A stretch of DNA of 64,000 nt, from NCBI GenBank assembly GCA_964016885.1, contig OZ024747.1:29636001-29700000 (forward strand). Reading direction: 5' to 3'. The notes under the pieces were generated by a model, which saw only the letters and a list, made by a program, of their open reading frames with translations, was not told the DNA's origin and did not search any database. Of the stretch, positions 38,201 through 51,800 are shown piece by piece; position 1 is the stretch's first letter; every line of letters begins with the position of its first letter. The position numbers and the translations under genes were made by a program. The DNA is from Eledone cirrhosa (Eukaryota).

Positions 38201-38700
38201 GGGAGATAATTTGTAAAAAAAAAATCAGGGGGAGATAATTTGTAAAAAAATCAGGGGGAGATAATTTGTAAAAAAAAAATCAGGGGGAGATAATTTGTAA
38301 AAAAAATCAGGGGGAGATAATTTGTAAAAAAAATCAGGGGTAGATAATTTGTAAAAAAAATCAGGGGGAGATAATTTGTAAAAAAAATCAGGGGTAGATA
38401 ATTTTCAGCCGTCCAAGGGGAGATAATTTCCATCCTTCCAAGGGGAGATAATTTCCAGCCGTCCAAGGAGAGATAATTTCCCGCCAGCCAAGGAGAGATA
38501 ACATTTAAAAAAATCAGGCGGAGATAATTTGTAAAAAAAATCAGGGGGAGATAATTTGTAAAAAAATCAGGGGGAGATAATTTGTAAAAAAAATCAGGGG
38601 TAGATAATTTCCAGCCGTCCAAGGGGAGATAATTTCCATCCTTCCAAGGGGAGATAATTTCCAGCCGTCCAAGGGGAGATAATTTCCCGCCAGCCAAGGA
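35300..38700. repeat. 1203 bp higher-order repeat, ~3 tandem copies (approximate bounds)
   Basis: Pseudo-ORF series 35457/36660/37863 and 35845/37048/38251, each spaced 1203 bp. Confidence 0.85.
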
Positions 38701-41700
38701 GAGATAATATTTAAAAAAATCAGGCGGAGATAATTTGTAAAAAAAATCAGGGGGAGATAATTTGTAAAAAAATCAGGGGGAGATAATTTGTAAAAGAAAA
38801 TCAGGGGGAGATAATTTGTAAAAAAAATCAGGGGGAGATAATTTGTAAAAAAAAATCAGGGGTAGATAATTTGTAAAAAAAAATCAGGGGGAGATAATTT
38901 GTAAAAAAAAAATCAGGGGGAGATAATTTGTAAAAAAATCAAGGGGAGATAATTTCCAGCCGTCCAAGGGGAGATAATTTTCAGCCGTCCAAGTAGAGGT
39001 AATTTCTAGCCGTCCAAGGGGAGATAATTTCCAGCCGTCCAAGGGGAGATAATTTTTTTAAAAAAATCAGGCGGAGATAATTTGTAAACAAAAATCAGGG
39101 GGAGATAATTTGTAAAAAAAATCAGGGGGAGATAATTTGTAAAAAAAAATCAGGGGGAGATAATTTGTAAAAAAATTCAAGGGGAGATAATTTCCAGCCG
39201 TCCAAGGGGAGGTAATATCTAGCCATCCAAGGGGAGATAATTTCCAGCCGTCCAAGGGGAGATAATTTTTTTAAAAAAATCAGGCGGAGATAATTTGTAA
39301 ACAAAAATCAGGGGGAGATAATTTGTAAAAAAAAATCAGGGGGAGATAATTTGTAAAAAAAAAATCAGGGGGTGATAATTTGTAAAAAAATCAAGGGGAG
39401 ATAATTTCCAGCCGTCCAAGGGGAGATAATTTTCAGCCGTCCAAGGAGAGGTAATTTCTAGCCGTCCAAGGGGAGATTATTTCCAGCCAGCCAAGGGGAG
39501 ATAATTTGTAAAAAAATCAGGGGTAGATAATTTGTAAAAAAAAATCAGGGGGAGATAATTTGTAAAAAAAATCAGGGGGAGATAATTTGTAAAAAAAATC
39601 AGGGGTAGATAATTTCCAGCCGTCCAAGGGGAGATAATTTCCATCCTTCCAAGGGGAGATAATTTCCAGCCGTCCAAGGGGAGATAATTTCCCGCCAGCC
39701 AAGGAGAGATAACATTTAAAAAAATCAGGCGGAGATAATTTGTAAAAAAAATCAGGGGGAGATAATTTGTAAAAACATCAGGGGGAGATAATTTGTAAAA
39801 AAAAAATCAGGGGGAGATAATTTGTAAAAAAAATCAGGGCGAGATAATTTGTAAAAAAAATCAGGGGTAGATAATTTGTAAAAAAAATCAGGGGGAGATA
39901 ATTTGTAAAAAAAATCAGGGGGAGATAATTTGTAAAAAAAATCAGGGGTAGATAATTTCCAGCCGTCCAAGGGGAGATAATTTCCATCCTTCCAAGGGGA
40001 GATAATTTCCAGCCGTCCAAGGGGAGATAATTTCCCGCCAGCCAAGGAGAGATAACATTTAAAAAAATCAGGCGGAGATAATTTGTAAAAAAAATCAGGG
40101 GGAGATAATTTGTAAAAAAATCAGGGGGAGATAATTTGTAAAAAAAATCAGGGGTAGATAATTTCCAGCCGTCCAAGGGGAGATAATTTCCATCCTTCCA
40201 AGGGGAGATAATTTCCAGCCGTCCAAGGGGAGATAATTTCCCGCCAGCCAAGGAGAGATAATATTTAAAAAAATCAGGCGGAGATAATTTGTAAAAAAAA
40301 TCAGGGGGAGATAATTTGTAAAAAAATCAGGGGGAGATAATTTGTAAAAAAAAATCAGGGGAGATAATTTGTAAAAAAAATCAGGGGGAGATAATTTGTA
40401 AAAAAAATCAGGGGTAGATAATTTGTAAAAAAAAATCAGGGGGAGATAATTTGTAAAAAAAAAATCAGGGGGAGATAATTTGTAAAAAAATCAAGGGTAG
40501 ATAATTTCCAGCCGTCCAAGGGGAGATAATTTTCAGCCGTCCAAGGAGGTAATTTCTAGCCGTCCAAGGGGAGATAATTTCCAGCCGTCCAAGGGGAGAT
40601 AATTTTTTTAAAAAAATCAGGCGGAGATAATTTGTAAACAAAAATCAGGGGGAGATAATTTGTAAAAAAAAATCAGGGGGAGATAATTTGTAAAAAAAAA
40701 TCAGGGGGAGATAATTTGTAAAAAAAATCAAGGGGAGATAATTTCCAGCCGTCCAAGGGGAGGTAATATCTAGCCATCCAAGGGGAGATAATTTCCAGCC
40801 GTCCAAGGGGAGATAATTTCCAGCCGTCCAAGGGGAGATAATATCCAGCCGTCCAAGGAGACATATTTTCCAGCCGTCCAAGGAGAGGTAATTTCTAGCC
40901 GTCCAAGGGGAGATAAGTTCCAGCCTCCAAGGGGAGATAATTTCCAGCCAGCCAAGGGGAGATAATTTGTAAAAAAATCAGGGGGAGATAATTTGTAAAA
41001 AAAAAATCAGGGGGAGATAATTTGTAAAAAAATCAGGGGGAGATAATTTGTAAAAAAAAAATCAGGGGGAGATAATTTGTAAAAAAAATCAGGGGGAGAT
41101 AATTTGTAGAAAAAATCAGGGGTAGATAATTTGTAAAAAAAATCAGGGGGAGATAATTTGTAAAAAAAATCAGGGGGAGATAATTTGTAAAAAAAATCAG
41201 GGGTAGATAATTTTCAGCCGTCCAAGGGGAGATAATTTCCATCCTTCCAAGGGGAGATAATTTCCAGCCGTCCAAGGGGAGATAATCTCCCGCCAGCCAA
41301 GGAGAGATAACATTTAAAAAAATCAGGCGGAGATAATTTGTAAAAAAAATCAGGGGGAGATAATTTGTAAAAAAATCAGGGGTAGATAATTTCCAGCCGT
41401 CCAAGGGGAGATAATTTCCATCCTTCCAAGGGGAGATAATTTCCAGCCGTCCAAGGGGAGATAATTTCCCGCCAGCCAAGGAGAGATAATATTTAAAAAA
41501 ATCAGGCGGAGATAATTTGTAAAAAAAATCAGGGGGAGATAATTTGTAAAAAAATCAGGGGGAGATAATTTGTAAAAAAAAATCAGGGGAGATAATTTGT
41601 AAAAAAAATCAGGGGGAGATAATTTGTAAAAAAAATCAGGGGTAGATAATTTGTAAAAAAAAATCAGGGGGAGATAATTTGTAAAAAAAAAATCAGGGGG

Positions 41701-44700
41701 AGATAATTTGTAAAAAAATCAAGGGTAGATAATTTCCAGCCGTCCAAGGGGAGATAATTTTCAGCCGTCCAAGGAGGTAATTTCTAGCCGTCCAAGGGGA
41801 GATAATTTCCAGCCGTCCAAGGGGAGATAATTTTTTTAAAAAAATCAGGCGGAGATAATTTGTAAACAAAAATCAGGGGGAGATAATTTGTAAAAAAAAA
41901 TCAGGGGGAGATAATTTGTAAAAAAAAATCAGGGGGAGATAATTTGTAAAAAAAATCAAGGGGAGATAATTTCCAGCCGTCCAAGGGGAGGTAATATCTA
42001 GCCATCCAAGGGGAGATAATTTCCAGCCGTCCAAGGGGAGATAATTTCCAGCCGTCCAAGGGGAGATAATATCCAGCCGTCCAAGGAGACATATTTTCCA
42101 GCCGTCCAAGGAGAGGTAATTTCTAGCCGTCCAAGGGGAGATAAGTTCCAGCCTCCAAGGGGAGATAATTTCCAGCCAGCCAAGGGGAGATAATTTGTAA
42201 AAAAATCAGGGGGAGATAATTTGTAAAAAAAAAATCAGGGGGAGATAATTTGTAAAAAAATCAGGGGGAGATAATTTGTAAAAAAAAAATCAGGGGGAGA
42301 TAATTTGTAAAAAAAATCAGGGGGAGATAATTTGTAAAAAAAATCAGGGGTAGATAATTTGTAAAAAAAATCAGGGGGAGATAATTTGTAAAAAAAATCA
42401 GGGGGAGATAATTTGTAAAAAAAATCAGGGGTAGATAATTTTCAGCCGTCCAAGGGGAGATAATTTCCATCCTTCCAAGGGGAGATAATTTCCAGCCGTC
42501 CAAGGAGAGATAATTTCCCGCCAGCCAAGGAGAGATAACATTTAAAAAAATCAGGCGGAGATAATTTGTAAAAAAAATCAGTGGGAGATAATTTGTAAAA
42601 AAATCAGGGGGAGATAATTTGTAAAAAAAATCAGGGGTAGATAATTTCCAGCCGTCCAAGGGGAGATAATTTCCATCCTTCCAAGGGGAGATAATTTCCA
42701 GCCGTCCAAGGGGAGATAATTTCCCGCCAGCCAAGGAGAGATAATATTTAAAAAAATCAGGCGGAGATAATTTGTAAAAAAAATCAGGGGGAGATAATTT
42801 GTAAAAAAAATCAGGGGGAGATAATTTGTAGAAAAAATCAGGGGTAGATAATTTGTAAAAAAAATCAGGGGGAGATAATTTGTAAAAAAAATCAGGGGGA
42901 GATAATTTGTAAAAAAAATCAGGGGTAGATAATTTTCAGCCGTCCAAGGGGAGATAATTTCCATCCTTCCAAGGGGAGATAATTTCCAGCCGTCCAAGGG
43001 GAGATAATCTCCCGCCAGCCAAGGAGAGATAACATTTAAAAAAATCAGGCGGAGATAATTTGTAAAAAAAATCAGGGGGAGATAATTTGTAAAAAAATCA
43101 GGGGGAGATAATTTGTAAAAAAAATCAGGGGTAGATAATTTCCAGCCGTCCAAGGGGAGATAATTTCCATCCTTCCAAGGGGAGATAATTTCCAGCCGTC
43201 CAAGGGGAGATAATTTCCCGCCAGCCAAGGAGAGATAATATTTAAAAAAATCAGGCGGAGATAATTTGTAAAAAAAATCAGGGGGAGATAATTTGTAAAA
43301 AAATCAGGGGGAGATAATTTGTAAAAAAAAATCAGGGGGAGATAATTTGTAAAAAAAATCAGGGGGAGATAATTTGTAAAAAAAATCAGGGGTAGATAAT
43401 TTGTAAAAAAAAATCAGGGGGAGATAATTTGTAAAAAAAAAATCAGGGGGAGATAATTTGTAAAAAAATCAAGGGGAGATAATTTCCAGCCGTCCAAGGG
43501 GAGATAATTTTCAGCCGTCCAAGGAGAGGTAATTTCTCGCCGTCCAAGGGGAGATAATTTCCAGCCGTCCAAGGGGAGATAATTTTTTTAAAAAAATCAG
43601 GCGGAGATAATTTGTAAAAAAAAATCAGGGGGAGATAATTTGTAAAAAAAAATCAGGGGGAGATAATTTGTAAAAAAAATCAAGGGGAGATAATTTCCAG
43701 CCGTCCAAGGGGAGGTAATATCTAGCCATCCAAGGGGAGATAATTTCCAGCCGTCCAAGGGGAGATAATTTCCAGCCGTCCAAGGGGAGATAATATCCAG
43801 CCGTCCAAGGAGACATATTTTCCAGCCGTCCAAGGAGAGGTAATTTCTAGCCGTCCAAGGGGAGATAAGTTCCAGCCTCCAAGGGGAGATAATTTCCAGC
43901 CAGCCAAGGGGAGATAATTTGTAAAAAAATCAGGGGGAGATAATTTGTAAAAAAAAAATCAGGGGGAGATAATTTGTAAAAAAATCAGGGGGAGATAATT
44001 TGTAAAAAAAAAATCAGGGGGAGATAATTTGTAAAAAAAATCAGGGGGAGATAATTTGTAAAAAAAATCAGGGGTAGATAATTTGTAAAAAAAATCAGGG
44101 GGAGATAATTTGTAAAAAAAATCAGGGGTAGATAATTTTCAGCCGTCCAAGGGGAGATAATTTCCATCCTTCCAAGGGGAGATAATTTCCAGCCGTCCAA
44201 GGAGAGATAATTTCCCGCCAGCCAAGGAGAGATAACATTTAAAAAAATCAGGCGGAGATAATTTGTAAAAAAAATCAGGGGGAGATAATTTGTAAAAAAA
44301 TCAGGGGGAGATAATTTGTAAAAGAAAATCAGGGGGAGATAATTTGTAAAAAAAATCAGGGGGAGATAATTTGTAAAAAAAAATCAGGGGTAGATAATTT
44401 GTAAAAAAAAATCAGGGGGAGATAATTTGTAAAAAAAAAATCAGGGGGAGATAATTTGTAAAAAAATCAAGGGGAGATAATTTCCAGCCGTCCAAGGGGA
44501 GATAATTTTCAGCCGTCCAAGTAGAGGTAATTTCTAGCCGTCCAAGGGGAGATAATTTCCAGCCGTCCAAGGGGAGATAATTTTTTCAAAAAAATCAGGC
44601 GGAGATAATTTGTAAACAAAAATCAGGGGGAGATAATTTGTAAAAAAAATCAGGGGGAGATAATTTGTAAAAAAAAATCAGGGGGAGATAATTTGTAAAA

Positions 44701-47700
44701 AAATTCAAGGGGAGATAATTTCCAGCCGTCCAAGGGGAGGTAATATCTAGCCATCCAAGGGGAGATAATTTCCAGCCGTCCAAGGGGAGATAATTTTTTT
44801 AAAAAAATCAGGCGGAGATAATTTGTAAACAAAAATCAGGGGGAGATAATTTGTAAAAAAAAATCAGGGGGAGATAATTTGTAAAAAAAAAATCAGGGGG
44901 TGATAATTTGTAAAAAAATCAAGGGGAGATAATTTCCAGCCGTCCAAGGGGAGATAATTTTCAGCCGTCCAAGGAGAGGTAATTTCTAGCCGTCCAAGGG
45001 GAGATTATTTCCAGCCAGCCAAGGGGAGATAATTTGTAAAAAAATCAGGGGTAGATAATTTGTAAAAAAAAATCAGGGGGAGATAATTTGTAAAAAAAAT
45101 CAGGGGGAGATAATTTGTAAAAAAAATCAGGGGTAGATAATTTCCAGCCGTCCAAGGGGAGATAATTTCCATCCTTCCAAGGGGAGATAATTTCCAGCCG
45201 TCCAAGGGGAGATAATTTCCCGCCAGCCAAGGAGAGATAACATTTAAAAAAATCAGGCGGAGATAATTTGTAAAAAAAATCAGGGGGAGATAATTTGTAA
45301 AAAAATCAGGGGGAGATAATTTGTAAAAAAAAAATCAGGGGGAGATAATTTGTAAAAAAAATCAGGGCGAGATAATTTGTAAAAAAAATCAGGGGTAGAT
45401 AATTTGTAAAAAAAATCAGGGGGAGATAATTTGTAAAAAAAATCAGGGGGAGATAATTTGTAAAAAAAATCAGGGGTAGATAATTTCCAGCCGTCCAAGG
45501 GGAGATAATTTCCATCCTTCCAAGGGGAGATAATTTCCAGCCGTCCAAGGGGAGATAATTTCCCGCCAGCCAAGGAGAGATAACATTTAAAAAAATCAGG
45601 CGGAGATAATTTGTAAAAAAAATCAGGGGGAGATAATTTGTAAAAAAATCAGGGGGAGATAATTTGTAAAAAAAATCAGGGGTAGATAATTTCCAGCCGT
45701 CCAAGGGGAGATAATTTCCATCCTTCCAAGGGGAGATAATTTCCAGCCGTCCAAGGGGAGATAATTTCCCGCCAGCCAAGGAGAGATAATATTTAAAAAA
45801 ATCAGGCGGAGATAATTTGTAAAAAAAATCAGGGGGAGATAATTTGTAAAAAAATCAGGGGGAGATAATTTGTAAAAAAAAATCAGGGGAGATAATTTGT
45901 AAAAAAAATCAGGGGGAGATAATTTGTAAAAAAAATCAGGGGTAGATAATTTGTAAAAAAAAATCAGGGGGAGATAATTTGTAAAAAAAAAATCAGGGGG
46001 AGATAATTTGTAAAAAAATCAAGGGTAGATAATTTCCAGCCGTCCAAGGGGAGATAATTTTCAGCCGTCCAAGGAGGTAATTTCTAGCCGTCCAAGGGGA
46101 GATAATTTCCAGCCGTCCAAGGGGAGATAATTTTTTTAAAAAAATCAGGCGGAGATAATTTGTAAACAAAAATCAGGGGGAGATAATTTGTAAAAAAAAA
46201 TCAGGGGGAGATAATTTGTAAAAAAAAATCAGGGGGAGATAATTTGTAAAAAAAATCAAGGGGAGATAATTTCCAGCCGTCCAAGGGGAGGTAATATCTA
46301 GCCATCCAAGGGGAGATAATTTCCAGCCGTCCAAGGGGAGATAATTTCCAGCCGTCCAAGGGGAGATAATATCCAGCCGTCCAAGGAGACATATTTTCCA
46401 GCCGTCCAAGGAGAGGTAATTTCTAGCCGTCCAAGGGGAGATAAGTTCCAGCCTCCAAGGGGAGATAATTTCCAGCCAGCCAAGGGGAGATAATTTGTAA
46501 AAAAATCAGGGGGAGATAATTTGTAAAAAAAAAATCAGGGGGAGATAATTTGTAAAAAAATCAGGGGGAGATAATTTGTAAAAAAAAAATCAGGGGGAGA
46601 TAATTTGTAAAAAAAATCAGGGGGAGATAATTTGTAGAAAAAATCAGGGGTAGATAATTTGTAAAAAAAATCAGGGGGAGATAATTTGTAAAAAAAATCA
46701 GGGGGAGATAATTTGTAAAAAAAATCAGGGGTAGATAATTTTCAGCCGTCCAAGGGGAGATAATTTCCATCCTTCCAAGGGGAGATAATTTCCAGCCGTC
46801 CAAGGGGAGATAATCTCCCGCCAGCCAAGGAGAGATAACATTTAAAAAAATCAGGCGGAGATAATTTGTAAAAAAAATCAGGGGGAGATAATTTGTAAAA
46901 AAATCAGGGGTAGATAATTTCCAGCCGTCCAAGGGGAGATAATTTCCATCCTTCCAAGGGGAGATAATTTCCAGCCGTCCAAGGGGAGATAATTTCCCGC
47001 CAGCCAAGGAGAGATAATATTTAAAAAAATCAGGCGGAGATAATTTGTAAAAAAAATCAGGGGGAGATAATTTGTAAAAAAATCAGGGGGAGATAATTTG
47101 TAAAAAAAAATCAGGGGAGATAATTTGTAAAAAAAATCAGGGGGAGATAATTTGTAAAAAAAATCAGGGGTAGATAATTTGTAAAAAAAAATCAGGGGGA
47201 GATAATTTGTAAAAAAAAAATCAGGGGGAGATAATTTGTAAAAAAATCAAGGGTAGCTAATTTCCAGCCGTCCAAGGGGAGATAATTTTCAGCCGTCCAA
47301 GGAGGTAATTTCTAGCCGTCCAAGGGGAGATAATTTCCAGCCGTCCAAGGGGAGATAATTTGTAAAAAAAAATCAGGCGGAGATAATTTGTAAACAAAAA
47401 TCAGGGGGAGATAATTTGTAAAAAAAAATCAGGGGGAGATAATTTGTAAAAAAAAATCAGGGGGAGATAATTTGTAAAAAAAATCAAGGGGAGATAATTT
47501 CCAGCCGTCCAAGGGGAGGTAATATCTAGCCATCCAAGGGGAGATAATTTCCAGCCGTCCAAGGGGAGATAATTTCCAGCCGTCCAAGGGGAGATAATAT
47601 CCAGCCGTCCAAGGAGACATATTTTCCAGCCGTCCAAGGAGAGGTAATTTCTAGCCGTCCAAGGGGAGATAAGTTCCAGCCTCCAAGGGGAGATAATTTC

Positions 47701-48859
47701 CAGCCAGCCAAGGGGAGATAATTTGTAAAAAAATCAGGGGGAGATAATTTGTAAAAAAAAAATCAGGGGGAGATAATTTGTAAAAAAATCAGGGGGAGAT
47801 AATTTGTAAAAAAAAAATCAGGGGGAGATAATTTGTAAAAAAAATCAGGGGGAGATAATTTGTAAAAAAAATCAGGGGTAGATAATTTGTAAAAAAAATC
47901 AGGGGGAGATAATTTGTAAAAAAAATCAGGGGGAGATAATTTGTAAAAAAAATCAGGGGTAGATAATTTTCAGCCGTCCAAGGGGAGATAATTTCCATCC
48001 TTCCAAGGGGAGATAATTTCCAGCCGTCCAAGGAGAGATAATTTCCCGCCAGCCAAGGAGAGATAACATTTAAAAAAATCAGGCGGAGATAATTTGTAAA
48101 AAAAATCAGTGGGAGATAATTTGTAAAAAAATCAGGGGGAGATAATTTGTAAAAAAAATCAGGGGTAGATAATTTCCAGCCGTCCAAGGGGAGATAATTT
48201 CCATCCTTCCAAGGGGAGATAATTTCCAGCCGTCCAAGGGGAGATAATTTCCCGCCAGCCAAGGAGAGATAATATTTAAAAAAATCAGGCGGAGATAATT
48301 TGTAAAAAAAATCAGGGGGAGATAATTTGTAAAAAAAATCAGGGGGAGATAATTTGTAGAAAAAATCAGGGGTAGATAATTTGTAAAAAAAATCAGGGGG
48401 AGATAATTTGTAAAAAAAATCAGGGGGAGATAATTTGTAAAAAAAATCAGGGGTAGATAATTTTCAGCCGTCCAAGGGGAGATAATTTCCATCCTTCCAA
48501 GGGGAGATAATTTCCAGCCGTCCAAGGGGAGATAATCTCCCGCCAGCCAAGGAGAGATAACATTTAAAAAAATCAGGCGGAGATAATTTGTAAAAAAAAT
48601 CAGGGGGAGATAATTTGTAAAAAAATCAGGGGGAGATAATTTGTAAAAAAAATCAGGGGTAGATAATTTCCAGCCGTCCAAGGGGAGATAATTTCCATCC
48701 TTCCAAGGGGAGATAATTTCCAGCCGTCCAAGGGGAGATAATTTCCCGCCAGCCAAGGAGAGATAATATTTAAAAAAATCAGGCGGAGATAATTTGTAAA
48801 AAAAATCAGGGGGAGATAATTTGTAAAAAAATCAGGGGGAGATAATTTGTAAAAAAAAA

Positions 48860-51800
48860 TCAGGGGGAGATAATTTGTAAAAAAAATCAGGGGGAGATAA
48901 TTTGTAAAAAAAATCAGGGGTAGATAATTTGTAAAAAAAAATCAGGGGGAGATAATTTGTAAAAAAAAAATCAGGGGGAGATAATTTGTAAAAAAATCAA
49001 GGGGAGATAATTTCCAGCCGTCCAAGGGGAGATAATTTTCAGCCGTCCAAGGAGAGGTAATTTCTCGCCGTCCAAGGGGAGATAATTTCCAGCCGTCCAA
49101 GGGGAGATAATTTTTTTAAAAAAATCAGGCGGAGATAATTTGTAAAAAAAAATCAGGGGGAGATAATTTGTAAAAAAAAATCAGGGGGAGATAATTTGTA
49201 AAAAAAATCAAGGGGAGATAATTTCCAGCCGTCCAAGGGGAGGTAATATCTAGCCATCCAAGGGGAGATAATTTCCAGCCGTCCAAGGGGAGATAATTTC
49301 CAGCCGTCCAAGGGGAGATAATATCCAGCCGTCCAAGGAGACATATTTTCCAGCCGTCCAAGGAGAGGTAATTTCTAGCCGTCCAAGGGGAGATAAGTTC
49401 CAGCCTCCAAGGGGAGATAATTTCCAGCCAGCCAAGGGGAGATAATTTGTAAAAAAATCAGGGGGAGATAATTTGTAAAAAAAAAATCAGGGGGAGATAA
49501 TTTGTAAAAAAATCAGGGGGAGATAATTTGTAAAAAAAAAATCAGGGGGAGATAATTTGTAAAAAAAATCAGGGGGAGATAATTTGTAAAAAAAATCAGG
49601 GGTAGATAATTTGTAAAAAAAATCAGGGGGAGATAATTTGTAAAAAAAATCAGGGGTAGATAATTTTCAGCCGTCCAAGGGGAGATAATTTCCATCCTTC
49701 CAAGGGGAGATAATTTCCAGCCGTCCAAGGAGAGATAATTTCCCGCCAGCCAAGGAGAGATAACATTTAAAAAAATCAGGCGGAGATAATTTGTAAAAAA
49801 AATCAGGGGGAGATAATTTGTAAAAAAATCAGGGGGAGATAATTTGTAAAAAAAATCAGGGGTAGATAATTTCCAGCCGTCCAAGGGGAGATAATTTCCA
49901 TCCTTCCAAGGGGAGATAATTTCCAGCCGTCCAAGGGGAGATAATTTCCCGCCAGCCAAGGAGAGATAATATTTAAAAAAATCAGGCGGAGATAATTTGT
50001 AAAAAAAATCAGGGGGAGATAATTTGTAAAAAAATCAGGGGGAGATAATTTGTAAAAGAAAATCAGGGGGAGATAATTTGTAAAAAAAATCAGGGGGAGA
50101 TAATTTGTAAAAAAAAATCAGGGGTAGATAATTTGTAAAAAAAAATCAGGGGGAGATAATTTGTAAAAAAAAAATCAGGGGGAGATAATTTTTAAAAATC
50201 AAGGGGAGATAATTTCCAGCCGTCCAAGGGGAGATAATTTTCAGCCGTCCAAGTAGAGGTAATTTCTAGCCGTCCAAGGGGAGATAATTTCCAGCCGTCC
50301 AAGGGGAGATAATTTTTTTAAAAAAATCAGGCGGAGATAATTTGTAAACAAAAATCAGGGGGAGATAATTTGTAAAAAAAATCAGGGGGAGATAATTTGT
50401 AAAAAAAAATCAGGGGGAGATAATTTGTAAAAAAATTCAAGGGGAGATAATTTCCAGCCGTCCAAGGGGAGGTAATATCTAGCCATCCAAGGGGAGATAA
50501 TTTCCAGCCGTCCAAGGGGAGATAATTTTTTTAAAAAAATCAGGCGGAGATAATTTGTAAACAAAAATCAGGGGGAGATAATTTGTAAAAAAAAATCAGG
50601 GGGAGATAATTTGTAAAAAAAAAATCAGGGGGTGATAATTTGTAAAAAAATCAAGGGGAGATAATTTCCAGCCGTCCAAGGGGAGATAATTTTCAGCCGT
50701 CCAAGGAGAGGTAATTTCTAGCCGTCCAAGGGGAGATTATTTCCAGCCAGCCAAGGGGAGATAATTTGTAAAAAAATCAGGGGTAGATAATTTGTAAAAA
50801 AAAATCAGGGGGAGATAATTTGTAAAAAAAATCAGGGGGAGATAATTTGTAAAAAAAATCAGGGGTAGATAATTTCCAGCCGTCCAAGGGGAGATAATTT
50901 CCATCCTTCCAAGGGGAGATAATTTCCAGCCGTCCAAGGGGAGATAATTTCCCGCCAGCCAAGGAGAGATAACATTTAAAAAAATCAGGCGGAGATAATT
51001 TGTAAAAAAAATCAGGGGGAGATAATTTGTAAAAAAATCAGGGGGAGATAATTTGTAAAAAAAAAATCAGGGGGAGATAATTTGTAAAAAAAATCAGGGC
51101 GAGATAATTTGTAAAAAAAATCAGGGGTAGATAATTTGTAAAAAAAATCAGGGGGAGATAATTTGTAAAAAAAATCAGGGGGAGATAATTTGTAAAAAAA
51201 ATCAGGGGTAGATAATTTCCAGCCGTCCAAGGGGAGATAATTTCCATCCTTCCAAGGGGAGATAATTTCCAGCCGTCCAAGGGGAGATAATTTCCCGCCA
51301 GCCAAGGAGAGATAACATTTAAAAAAATCAGGCGGAGATAATTTGTAAAAAAAATCAGGGGGAGATAATTTGTAAAAAAATCAGGGGGAGATAATTTGTA
51401 AAAAAAATCAGGGGTAGATAATTTCCAGCCGTCCAAGGGGAGATAATTTCCATCCTTCCAAGGGGAGATAATTTCCAGCCGTCCAAGGGGAGATAATTTC
51501 CCGCCAGCCAAGGAGAGATAATATTTAAAAAAATCAGGCGGAGATAATTTGTAAAAAAAATCAGGGGGAGATAATTTGTAAAAAAATCAGGGGGAGATAA
51601 TTTGTAAAAAAAAATCAGGGGAGATAATTTGTAAAAAAAATCAGGGGGAGATAATTTGTAAAAAAAATCAGGGGTAGATAATTTGTAAAAAAAAATCAGG
51701 GGGAGATAATTTGTAAAAAAAAAATCAGGGGGAGATAATTTGTAAAAAAATCAAGGGTAGATAATTTCCAGCCGTCCAAGGGGAGATAATTTTCAGCCGT